Shown: positions 1 through 7,535 of the stretch, in pieces | Numbering within the stretch: the first letter of the stretch is position 1 | Layout of the letters: each line of letters opens with the position of its first letter | Virus record (IMG/VR): IMGVR_UViG_3300035148_000194 | Coordinates: 1 to 26,172 of that record | Length of the DNA stretch: 26,172 nucleotides | Reading direction: 5' to 3' (one strand) | Origin: a virus | Taxonomy: Duplodnaviria > Caudoviricetes | Notes under the pieces: generated by a model | Databases searched by the model: none | What the model was told of the DNA's origin: nothing | Seen by the model: the letters and a program-made list of their open reading frames with translations, nothing else | Made by a program: the position numbers and the translations under genes

Positions 1-37
1 ATCTCGTTGGTGGCGACTGTGATTTATTCACCAAAGG

Positions 38-370
38 TCACCCGGCCACCACCTTCCATCGGCTGTCGAGATAGACCAGGAGGTACATGGCGTCAGAGAT
101 CAGCGTAGGGCCCGTGGTGAATCGGTTGGCAGCCGTGCTGCTGGCTGATTCGGCCGTGAGCGTGAAGCTGTTGGTGCCCCCGTTGACCAGCCACAACAGA
201 CGTCCCGCTACTCCACCCTGCAGGCCCGTCAGCGTCAGCCCTCCTGCAGTCGCCGCCAGGACGAGGAGTGCCGCCTGGTCGAGGTTCGTCGGGTTGTAGT
301 CGTTCTGGCTCGTCCCGAAGCTGGCAGCAATGCGCTGCAGGTTCAGGTTGCCATCAAGTGTCAACCCCAT
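38..370 (-). CDS. Small beta-rich tail-fibre-associated protein (110 aa, MGLTLDGNLNL...RWKVVAG)
   Basis: ATG at 370 lies 1 nt after the TGA of the upstream gene. The sequence (NDYNP...LTLTGL.GG..GR.L.LVN...TL..E..SS.AANRF...LVY...RW.VV) resembles beta-sandwich modules of phage fibres. The longer ORF-track start overlaps the upstream gene. Confidence 0.65.
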   Translation of the reverse strand: MGLTLDGNLNLQRIAASFGTSQNDYNPTNLDQAALLVLAATAGGLTLTGLQGGVAGRLLWLVNGGTNSFTLTAESASSTAANRFTTGPTLISDAMYLLVYLDSRWKVVAG

Positions 371-371
371 G

Positions 372-1445
372 TCACGAGGCCCATGACGGCCGCGAGATCG
401 CCGCCCGCTGCTCAGCCGTGGTGTGCGACCACGACAGTTCGTGCAGCCCGCGCACCTCGCGAGCATACAGCCGACCGGCCCCGTCCACGAACATCTGCAC
501 GTTGCCGTAGCGATCCACGACGGCCACCCCGTCGATGTCGCACCCCACCTTGTACGATTCGGTCAGCGCCCAGCCGTTTTCCAGCATGAGGTCGCCTGTG
601 TTGACGGTGGTGGCGTAGACGTTGGCCCAGCGCAGGGCCCCGGACCCGACATTTAGCGTGTTGTCGGCCCCAGGCACGAAGTGCCCGCTGCTATCAACAG
701 TCCAGCGCAACGACAGGGCCCCCGCTGCGCTGATGGTGACGGCAGACAACTCACCGCGACTGAGCCGGATGAAGGACCCGGCCGTGGCTGTGTTGATGCG
801 GGCCGACGAGCCCCCGGTCAACATGCGGTAGTTGTTGCTGATGATGACCGTGTTGGCGTCAACCCCCGGTTCCCCCGACTGCAGGAACGCTGGGGCGTTG
901 GCCGTGGAGATATTGGACACGGCCACATGGGCCCCGAGTGAGTCAAAGGCTGCACACGTCAGAGCAAGCGCCCCGCCTGTGTCCACATGGGCCTGCCCCA
1001 CCTCCGTGGTGCCAGCCGCGAAGAAACGCACTGCCCCCGAGGCGTGGCCTGCTGCAATGGCGACACCCCCAGCACCCTGCCCCAGTACCCGTGCCCCATT
1101 GGCAATGTTGTAGCCGCTGGTGGTGTACGTGGAGGAGAAGGCCGTCAGTGAGGCGAGGGCGGCATTCGCATCGTTGCCGACGCGCACATCAGCATAGTTG
1201 GTGGTGCCAGCCGACGTGTTGCGCACTGCAAGGATGTGTCCACCCGTGCCGCCTGCCGAGAAGCTGTGCGACCCGAACCCCTCGGCGGCCACCAGCCCAC
1301 CGAACGTGAAGGTGGCGTAGCCGCCGGCCCCGGCAAACATCTGGTCGATCTTGGCGTAGACGTCGCTGTGCAAGATGGCATTGTTGACGATGGTGCCTGA
1401 GGCCCCGTCCGTCCACGTTGCCCGCGTGATCGTGGTGGCTGCCAT
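372..1445 (-). CDS. Tail fibre / receptor-binding protein
   Basis: 357 aa, rich in Gly/Ala/Thr. C-terminal HFVPGADNTLNVGSGALRWANVYATTVNTGDLMLENGWALTE matches the P..DN...LGS...RW.NVY..DL.L.N pattern seen at fibre C-termini. Located after the hub gene. Confidence 0.7.
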   Translation of the reverse strand: MAATTITRATWTDGASGTIVNNAILHSDVYAKIDQMFAGAGGYATFTFGGLVAAEGFGSHSFSAGGTGGHILAVRNTSAGTTNYADVRVGNDANAALASLTAFSSTYTTSGYNIANGARVLGQGAGGVAIAAGHASGAVRFFAAGTTEVGQAHVDTGGALALTCAAFDSLGAHVAVSNISTANAPAFLQSGEPGVDANTVIISNNYRMLTGGSSARINTATAGSFIRLSRGELSAVTISAAGALSLRWTVDSSGHFVPGADNTLNVGSGALRWANVYATTVNTGDLMLENGWALTESYKVGCDIDGVAVVDRYGNVQMFVDGAGRLYAREVRGLHELSWSHTTAEQRAAISRPSWAS

Positions 1446-1448
1446 AGC

Positions 1449-3434
1449 CTACAGTCCTCGGAGAGTTTCGGCCGACAGGCGGCCAAGGAAATCCAACAGC
1501 CCCTGCGCGAGGGGCGACAGTTCCACGGCCCGCTCGAGGCGAGGCTGCTCGGTGCTGCTTGTCTGCGCTGCCCCGTCTCCCTTCACCGTCAGGGTGACCG
1601 ACTGGATGCGCCCGGTCGTGATGCTGACCGGGATGTTTTGTGTCAGCGTGACCGTGGCCGTGCGACCAGGACGCAGGAGTCGTGCGGGATCATCATCCTC
1701 GATCCAGGTGCAGTGCTTGAACGTGCTGCTGCGCAGGACGGCAATGGCCTCGGCTGTGGACACGACGCCTTCCGCATCAAGTTCGCCATTGGAGTACACC
1801 AGCGTACGGATGCCGTCCGGGTCCATCCCAGCTGCCGTCCCCAGCAACGTGCTGAGGGCCGTCTGGGCGCTGGTGGCATTGTAGGTGGAGACTGGATGTA
1901 CCAGTGTGCCTTGCGGGATGTCCATGGTGATGCCGCTGACGCCCGTCAGTGTCCCGGCCCCGCTGGCGGCCGACAGGCCGGTGTACGTGAAGATCTGATT
2001 CGCGGCCTGTGCACTGCCGCCTGTGCTGCTGTACCACCCCAGCGAGTCCACGGCGACCGTCGTGGCCCCTGCCCCCGCGAGCGCCGTGGTCGTGCCGCCG
2101 CCACCCACCACAAGGATGCGCGTGTAGGTTTCGGTCAGGTCCTCGGTGTAGGCCACCTCGCGCACGTTGGTCGTGTCATCGACCGTCACCGTGGCCCCGA
2201 GGGCTGGGTCCGATTCTGTGGCCGGGATGATGCTGATGGCGCGGTTGAAGTCGAGTGTCCAGTAGGCTCCCGTGGTGACGCGCTCTGCGAGTTGCGTGAT
2301 GCACTCGCTGACGGTGCGATTGGTGAACTCGATCTGGGCGAGCGTGCCGAGTGACGCGGGAGCGTAGCCGACCGTGAAGTCGGGGGCGTACGTCGCCAGC
2401 AGTCGGGCCAGGATGCTGTTGACCCCGAGGTTGTCGTAGCGGGCCGTGACGACGAGGTGGTCGAGGTCATAGAGCCAATCGCTGCAGTTGCAGCGATAGA
2501 CGACGCGCCCTGCCTTTCGGGTGGCGACGGGTTCGAGTTCGGTGATGCGCCCACGGAAGTAGGGCAGGCCCACACGGTGTCCACCGTTGTAGACCTCGAC
2601 CACCTGCCCCAGGGTCGGCGTCAGGCCGCGCACATGGAACCGCGCCGACGACGGAGCCTTGCCGAGCGACTCCTGCACAGACCAGGTGCGCTTGAGGAAC
2701 GTCGTGGACTGGTCGGCCTCGTTGACATAGGCCGAGAAGCCCCAACTGGCCGTCGTGCCAAGGTTGCCCGACCGTGCCTGCCCACTGCGGAACTGCCCGC
2801 TCCTGGCATCGGTCGTGTTGCCGCCCCCGTTGTCCTCGATGAACGCGACCATCGTGTTCTGAGAGCCGCGTGACGTGACCGTGCTGTAGGTGCCACGGTT
2901 GTCCGTCTGGGCCCCAGCGGCCGCGTAGTATTGCGCGTTGACCGTCGTGACGAGGGCTGCACTCAGGGCCGTCCACGAGGTTGCAGGCGTGAACCCGCCA
3001 CTCGTGCCGCCGAGCGTGCCGACGCCCACAAGGAAGGCTCCGCGCACGGTGTCAATTTCGGTGGCGGCTGCGCAGTGATGCCCTGTGGTGGTGCTGGCGT
3101 TGGTGATGCCGAGCGCGGCCGGGATGACATAGGTGCCCGTCTCGAGGCCCGACACCTCCAGCAGCCAGCAGTAGACCTGACTGGTGCCGGAGCTGGCCGT
3201 GAGCGTGGGGTTCTCGGTGCCCCCGGCCGAGGCGTACTTGACCAGCACGCCTTGGCACCGTCCGTTGTCGTAGTGGACGACGCTGGTGTAGCCCGTGGCC
3301 GAGTACGTGGGGGAGGCAGTACCGGGCTGCCCGTAGACCAGAATCAGCGCGTTGCCCGCCACGACGCCAGAGAGCGAAGGCGAGGCGCTCCCTGCGCCGT
3401 TGGCAATGGCCTGCTGGACGAGGGCGACGGGCAT
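1449..3434 (-). CDS. Tail-tip hub (Tal/baseplate-hub-like) minor tail protein with an extra N-terminal ~200-aa beta domain
   Basis: Middle and C-terminal part has a hub-like pattern (WSVQESLG..PSSARF..GQVVEVY..YFRGRITE..YRCNCSDW..DLD..TVSECITQLAE..YWTLDFNRAI..YTRILVVGG). N-terminal region is Ser/Thr/Gly-rich. Confidence 0.65.
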   Translation of the reverse strand: MPVALVQQAIANGAGSASPSLSGVVAGNALILVYGQPGTASPTYSATGYTSVVHYDNGRCQGVLVKYASAGGTENPTLTASSGTSQVYCWLLEVSGLETGTYVIPAALGITNASTTTGHHCAAATEIDTVRGAFLVGVGTLGGTSGGFTPATSWTALSAALVTTVNAQYYAAAGAQTDNRGTYSTVTSRGSQNTMVAFIEDNGGGNTTDARSGQFRSGQARSGNLGTTASWGFSAYVNEADQSTTFLKRTWSVQESLGKAPSSARFHVRGLTPTLGQVVEVYNGGHRVGLPYFRGRITELEPVATRKAGRVVYRCNCSDWLYDLDHLVVTARYDNLGVNSILARLLATYAPDFTVGYAPASLGTLAQIEFTNRTVSECITQLAERVTTGAYWTLDFNRAISIIPATESDPALGATVTVDDTTNVREVAYTEDLTETYTRILVVGGGGTTTALAGAGATTVAVDSLGWYSSTGGSAQAANQIFTYTGLSAASGAGTLTGVSGITMDIPQGTLVHPVSTYNATSAQTALSTLLGTAAGMDPDGIRTLVYSNGELDAEGVVSTAEAIAVLRSSTFKHCTWIEDDDPARLLRPGRTATVTLTQNIPVSITTGRIQSVTLTVKGDGAAQTSSTEQPRLERAVELSPLAQGLLDFLGRLSAETLRGL

Positions 3435-3443
3435 CGGGCCTGC

Positions 3444-3845
3444 CTAGTCGTGGGCCACCGAGGCCACTGGGTCACGCACCCAGAAGCTCACGGGGATGAC
3501 GGCGGTGCCGTCCGTGTAGGTGAAGGTCACCGTCAGCAGTCGCCGCTGGTACTCACGCGGCGAGGACCCCACGACCAAGGCGGTGTCGGCCGGGTCGAGC
3601 ACCATCGTGAAGGTGCTACCCACGACGGTGCCGCCGTTGGCCCCGAGGACACTGACCCCCTGCACCCCATTGATGATGCGGCCTGTGCCGCCGCGCCCCA
3701 CGTCCTGCAGCGTGGCCGTCGCCGAGGTGATGGCGGCGACGTTGATGGGGGCGTCGTCGGCATCCACGAGCATGAAGGACACGGTGCCCGTGCCCCCAGC
3801 CATGATGGCCTGCGCCTTGGAGAACTCGACCCAGGGAGAGGCCAT
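3444..3845 (-). CDS. Minor tail protein, BppU-N-like beta-sandwich adaptor
   Basis: 133 aa. Pattern F.LVD.D..PIN...TSATATL...G.FT.VLDPADT.L...Y...LTVTF recalls BppU N-terminal-type domains. Located in the tail block. Confidence 0.5.
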   Translation of the reverse strand: MASPWVEFSKAQAIMAGGTGTVSFMLVDADDAPINVAAITSATATLQDVGRGGTGRIINGVQGVSVLGANGGTVVGSTFTMVLDPADTALVVGSSPREYQRRLLTVTFTYTDGTAVIPVSFWVRDPVASVAHD

Positions 3846-3849
3846 GATG

Positions 3850-4395
3850 CTACGTGGCCGTGAGGGAGGCCGTGACCGTCACGTCCAGCGTGTCACCGCT
3901 GATGACCGACCGCGACACCGAGAAGTCCGTGGCTCCGACCAGCGTGCCCGTCGTGCCACCCTTGGTGTTGTTGGTGGAGACGAACGCCCCCGTGATGGTG
4001 GCCGTGCCGTTGATGGTGAACGAGGCCTTGCTGGCCGAGTTGTCCACGCTGCCCGCCGCGACGGTGCCCATCGTCAGCGTGGGCCGGTTGGCGTTGCTGT
4101 AGGCGCTCGACTCGGCCCAGCCTGCATGGCTGGACATCGTGTCGCCAGCCGCAATGGTACCGGCCAGCTTCAGCCCGACGTAGTGGGCAGCCGTGTAGGT
4201 GGCTCCCTTGTAATACTTGTCGAGGATGTCGTTCAGGCCTGCGGTGACGACCAGGTTGTCGCTGTGGTCCTCCCACTTGATGCGCCCGTCCGCCCCGCGA
4301 CAGACGACATGGTAGTGGTGCGAGATGCCGAGGGCGGTCACGATGGACCCAGCACGACGACGCCGCCAGTGATCGAAGAACGGGATGAGCTTCAT
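3850..4395 (-). CDS. Phage tail/fibre structural protein (beta-sandwich subunit)
   Basis: GAGGAG SD upstream. Motifs NLVVT.GLN.IL..Y..YVGL..GW.E..YS..RP..F.I..TATI.GAF..GTL..R.V.SGDTL.VT are typical of a widespread phage virion protein family. Confidence 0.7.
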   Translation of the reverse strand: MKLIPFFDHWRRRRAGSIVTALGISHHYHVVCRGADGRIKWEDHSDNLVVTAGLNDILDKYYKGATYTAAHYVGLKLAGTIAAGDTMSSHAGWAESSAYSNANRPTLTMGTVAAGSVDNSASKASFTINGTATITGAFVSTNNTKGGTTGTLVGATDFSVSRSVISGDTLDVTVTASLTAT

Positions 4396-4409
4396 GGTCG
4401 CGCAACTCC

Positions 4410-5645
4410 TCAGTGGATCGTCTCGCCGGTAGCCTCAGCCGACGTCAGGGTCGGGGTAGACGCGCCGGGGGTGGTCGCGCTGGCCTGCGTGGCTCCTGCC
4501 TGGTCCATCACGGCTGTCGTGGCAGCGGCTTGCTCGAGCCCCGTGTCGATAGCCCCAGCCTGCCGTAAGAGCGCAGCCGCTGCTGCGAGTACATCATAGA
4601 CGGGAACGCCGGGGATGGTAGCCGACACCTCGAGCAGGGCCGCGCAGGCCAGCGAGAGGGCGGACACGTACTGGGCTCTGGAGGCGGCGGCGATGCCGGT
4701 CGAGGCCGACAGGTCGGAGGCGGCAGCGTGGGCCTGTGTCGCCGCGAGACCAATGGCATGCGACGCAGCCAGCGCGAGGGCCATTGGGGCCGTCAGGGCT
4801 CCTGCCGTGGTGACGGCTGCGCTCGCCCCGAGGGGGGTCGCTCCGGCCGTGCGCATGGTCCCCACGGGGCTCAGGGCGGCACTGGCGCTGAGGGGCGCAG
4901 CCCCGGCCGTGCGGAGTCCCGCGACCGTGGTCAGCGCAGACGCGCCGGACACCTGCATGGACGCAATGGCATTGAGGACGGCGACCTGGAGCAGGCCCGA
5001 CGCGGCCGTCAGCGCCATCGACTCGTTGTAGGTGGTGCCACCACCGGCAGGCGTGTGGATGCTGTCGGTGGCGAGCCCCGAGGAGGCCGAGAGCACGGCC
5101 ACGGCCTGCGCCATCAACACGGCTCCCGGCGTCATCGTGCCGTCAGCCGTAAGGGCGAGGGATGCGACCAGGGACGCGGCTGACACCACAGCGGTGGCCG
5201 TGCTGGCCGTCAGGCCTGCCGTGCCCCCCGTGCGTAGCTGCGTGTCTGTGGCGAGGGCCGCGAGCGCCGACAGGGCCATCGCGGCCTGCATGACAGCACT
5301 GCCCGTGGGTGCGACTCCGCTGGAGGCCGACAGCCCCATGCTTTCGCTGAAGCGGAGGCCCCCAAGCGTTGCAACAGCACCGGAGGCCGACAGGGCAACG
5401 CTGCTGCCCATGCGGAGGGCCCCGGCTGGAGCGACCCCGCTGGAGGCCGACAGGGCGGTGGTGCCCGAGGTGCGCAGCGTGCTGGTGGGGACGACCCCAT
5501 GGGAGGCCGACAGGCTCATGGCCCCGACCGCTCTGAGGACACTTGCGGTCACCACCCCGGTCGAGGCCGTCAAGGCACAGTCCCCCTGATACGTGGTGCC
5601 CCCGGATGCCGGGGTCCAGAACAGGAGGACGGTAGACGGGACCAT
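4410..5645 (-). CDS. Ala/Ser/Thr-rich 20-aa tandem-repeat virion protein
   Basis: 411 aa. About 16 repeats of consensus xxGxxALSASxGxAxxxxLR in two blocks, each preceded by TPA(S/G)GGTTY. Confidence 0.75.
   Translation of the reverse strand: MVPSTVLLFWTPASGGTTYQGDCALTASTGVVTASVLRAVGAMSLSASHGVVPTSTLRTSGTTALSASSGVAPAGALRMGSSVALSASGAVATLGGLRFSESMGLSASSGVAPTGSAVMQAAMALSALAALATDTQLRTGGTAGLTASTATAVVSAASLVASLALTADGTMTPGAVLMAQAVAVLSASSGLATDSIHTPAGGGTTYNESMALTAASGLLQVAVLNAIASMQVSGASALTTVAGLRTAGAAPLSASAALSPVGTMRTAGATPLGASAAVTTAGALTAPMALALAASHAIGLAATQAHAAASDLSASTGIAAASRAQYVSALSLACAALLEVSATIPGVPVYDVLAAAAALLRQAGAIDTGLEQAAATTAVMDQAGATQASATTPGASTPTLTSAEATGETIH
4620..5590. repeat. Degenerate 60-bp coding tandem repeat
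   Basis: GGAGGCCGACAG recurs at exactly 60-bp spacing (about 5322, 5382, 5442, 5502), with a variant at about 5562 and weaker copies further on. Confidence 0.8.
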
Positions 5646-5651
5646 GGGGCC

Positions 5652-6170
5652 TTAGATGGGCTGCCCGAAGATGCTCACGTCGTTGACGGCATCACCCTTG
5701 GTCGAGAGATACGGACGGTACTGGCTGGCCCCGTACGACTCCACGATCTGTGGCGTGCTCATGTAGTGGCCTGCTGCCGAAAGCCGCTGGGCCAGGGGGG
5801 CGAACGTGAGGGGTGGGCCCACGAACAGTGGGTTGTCCGAGGCGTCGTAGTAGACGATGCGCACGATGGCGCTATCGGTCGAGGCCTCGAAGGTGCACCA
5901 GACCACGATGGCCCCGCGATTGTTGATGTTGAGCAGGTTGACGCCAGCGGCCCCGGCGAAGGCCGTCGTGCTCATGTCGGTGGCGGAATCCGCCGCTGTC
6001 ATGAGGCTCCGGTCGGCCGTGGGAGCAGCCGGGATGCGGTCAGTCAGCGCGATGCCACCTGGGGCCTCGAACGTGCTGTCCTCCTGCATCAGGACGGTCG
6101 GGATCTTGATGCCGTTGGTGCCGTCCGGGGTGCCGGTACGGGCCGAGTCGAGCGCGGTAGGTGCGGACAT
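5652..6170 (-). CDS. Hypothetical virion protein (172 aa)
   Basis: Tightly packed ORF in the tail block with a beta-strand-like pattern. No family recognised. Confidence 0.65.
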   Translation of the reverse strand: MSAPTALDSARTGTPDGTNGIKIPTVLMQEDSTFEAPGGIALTDRIPAAPTADRSLMTAADSATDMSTTAFAGAAGVNLLNINNRGAIVVWCTFEASTDSAIVRIVYYDASDNPLFVGPPLTFAPLAQRLSAAGHYMSTPQIVESYGASQYRPYLSTKGDAVNDVSIFGQPI

Positions 6171-6173
6171 GGG

Positions 6174-7301
6174 TTACAGGCTCCGAAGGGGCCGAGTGCG
6201 TGGCGACGGTGCCGGGATGTCGATGTGGCTCAGGACCAGGCCGAGGCTGGGCAGCTGCGTGGTCTCAGCGGCGAAGGCTCCGGTTTGGTTGGTGCGTGAC
6301 CCCCCGCACAGGGACCGCCCCAGCCAGGCACAGTCCAACTGCGCTACTTCGCTGATCTGCCGCCGATGGAGGGTGCGATTGGCTGCTGAGGTCGGCCGAT
6401 ACGCGACGCCGTAGGTCTGCCCGGCGTAGAGCCGGACCGGCTCGATATTTCGCATGGCCAGCGCACCATCGTTGAGCGCCGCGATCGATCCAAATAGATC
6501 GCCGTCATGCGTCCCCGTCGCGAGTACGGAGAGATTCGCCGAAAACGGATCGTGGTAGAGATGCCACTCGCCCGTTTCCGTCGTGTCCACTTCGCTGAGG
6601 TGGCCCGTGAGTCGGTCACAGATCCCGCCGAATGGCATCGTAAAGGCCAGCACGTACTCGTCTGGTGTCGATCCGTTGTTGAAGGCGAGATTCGCCACGA
6701 CCGCCGTGACGCTGCACTCGTCGAACGCCGCCGCGACCCCGTTGTTGTCGATCAACGAGACCATCGGCATGTTCGCCTGCCGCGTCGGCCCCGTGCCCGT
6801 GTCGCGCGTGACATACGGAAGCGTCGTCAGGTTGCCGGAGCCATAGGCGAACTGCACTGCGTCGGCGCCGCCACGCGCCGTCAATTCGCAGACCACCGCG
6901 ATCACGTCGCCATGCGTGATCGTCTTGCTGCCCGCCGTCGAGAGCGCGAGTGACACGAGGCTATTGGCCGGCAGGAGGCCGCTCCCGCCGACCACGTCGC
7001 GGTACACGTCGAAGGTGCCATCCTCCAGTCCCGTGGAGGCGACGTCCTGAATCCCGATCCGAAAGGTCGATCCCGCGTTCGAAAAGGTACTCGTGCCCGT
7101 CTTGAGGATGACCTTCGAGGTCGCGCCCATCGTGATCGACGTGCCCGGCCCCGTGGCAAGGAGAATCCGCCCGATGAAGGCGGTACTCTCCCCGACCGCA
7201 TCGATCACGCCTGCGTTGGACGACGCCTGATTCGGCCACGCCGTGAAGCCGCCGACCGACGTCCCGATGTGCAGCCCGAGGCCCACCTTGGTCATCGGCA
7301 T
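6174..7301 (-). CDS. Putative minor tail / receptor-binding protein (375 aa, probably two beta-sandwich domains)
   Basis: ATG at 7301 lies 2 nt after the upstream TAG. Gly/Thr-rich beta pattern. Located just downstream of the tape measure gene. Confidence 0.6.
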   Translation of the reverse strand: MPMTKVGLGLHIGTSVGGFTAWPNQASSNAGVIDAVGESTAFIGRILLATGPGTSITMGATSKVILKTGTSTFSNAGSTFRIGIQDVASTGLEDGTFDVYRDVVGGSGLLPANSLVSLALSTAGSKTITHGDVIAVVCELTARGGADAVQFAYGSGNLTTLPYVTRDTGTGPTRQANMPMVSLIDNNGVAAAFDECSVTAVVANLAFNNGSTPDEYVLAFTMPFGGICDRLTGHLSEVDTTETGEWHLYHDPFSANLSVLATGTHDGDLFGSIAALNDGALAMRNIEPVRLYAGQTYGVAYRPTSAANRTLHRRQISEVAQLDCAWLGRSLCGGSRTNQTGAFAAETTQLPSLGLVLSHIDIPAPSPRTRPLRSL

Positions 7302-7303
7302 GG

Positions 7304-7534
7304 CTACACCACCGTCTGCCCGATGAGCGAGGCCCAGCTGGCCCCGCCGTCCCGCTTGTACTTCAGCCAGCACATGACCAGGACGACCCGGTAGTCCAGC
7401 CCCGAGTTACGGATGATCTCCAGCACGTCGTCCACATGGACGTGGGCTGACCGTGCGGCCCCATCCACATCGGCCGAGATGGTGACGTGGTTGCAGTTGT
7501 TCGGGCGTTCGAGGTTGGTGATGGTGATGGGCAT
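7304..7534 (-). CDS. Hypothetical protein (76 aa, MPITITNLERP...)
   Basis: ATG 1 nt after the tape measure TGA. Fills the gap to the next gene exactly. Confidence 0.65.
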   Translation of the reverse strand: MPITITNLERPNNCNHVTISADVDGAARSAHVHVDDVLEIIRNSGLDYRVVLVMCWLKYKRDGGASWASLIGQTVV

Positions 7535-7535
7535 A

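Noticed and set aside
1-37. Possible start of a further minus-strand gene (GTG AAT AAA TCA...)
   Set aside because: Only ~10 codons are visible at the window edge, so it cannot be supported.
5320-5575. Regularly spaced GGAGGCCGACAG resembling a CRISPR array
   Set aside because: The repeat is only ~12 bp, has an exact 60-bp codon-phase period, and encodes LSAS within a protein repeat. No cas genes are present.
372-7301. Diversity-generating retroelement or invertible tail-fibre cassette
   Set aside because: No reverse transcriptase, invertase, VR/TR pair or flanking inverted repeats were seen in the window.
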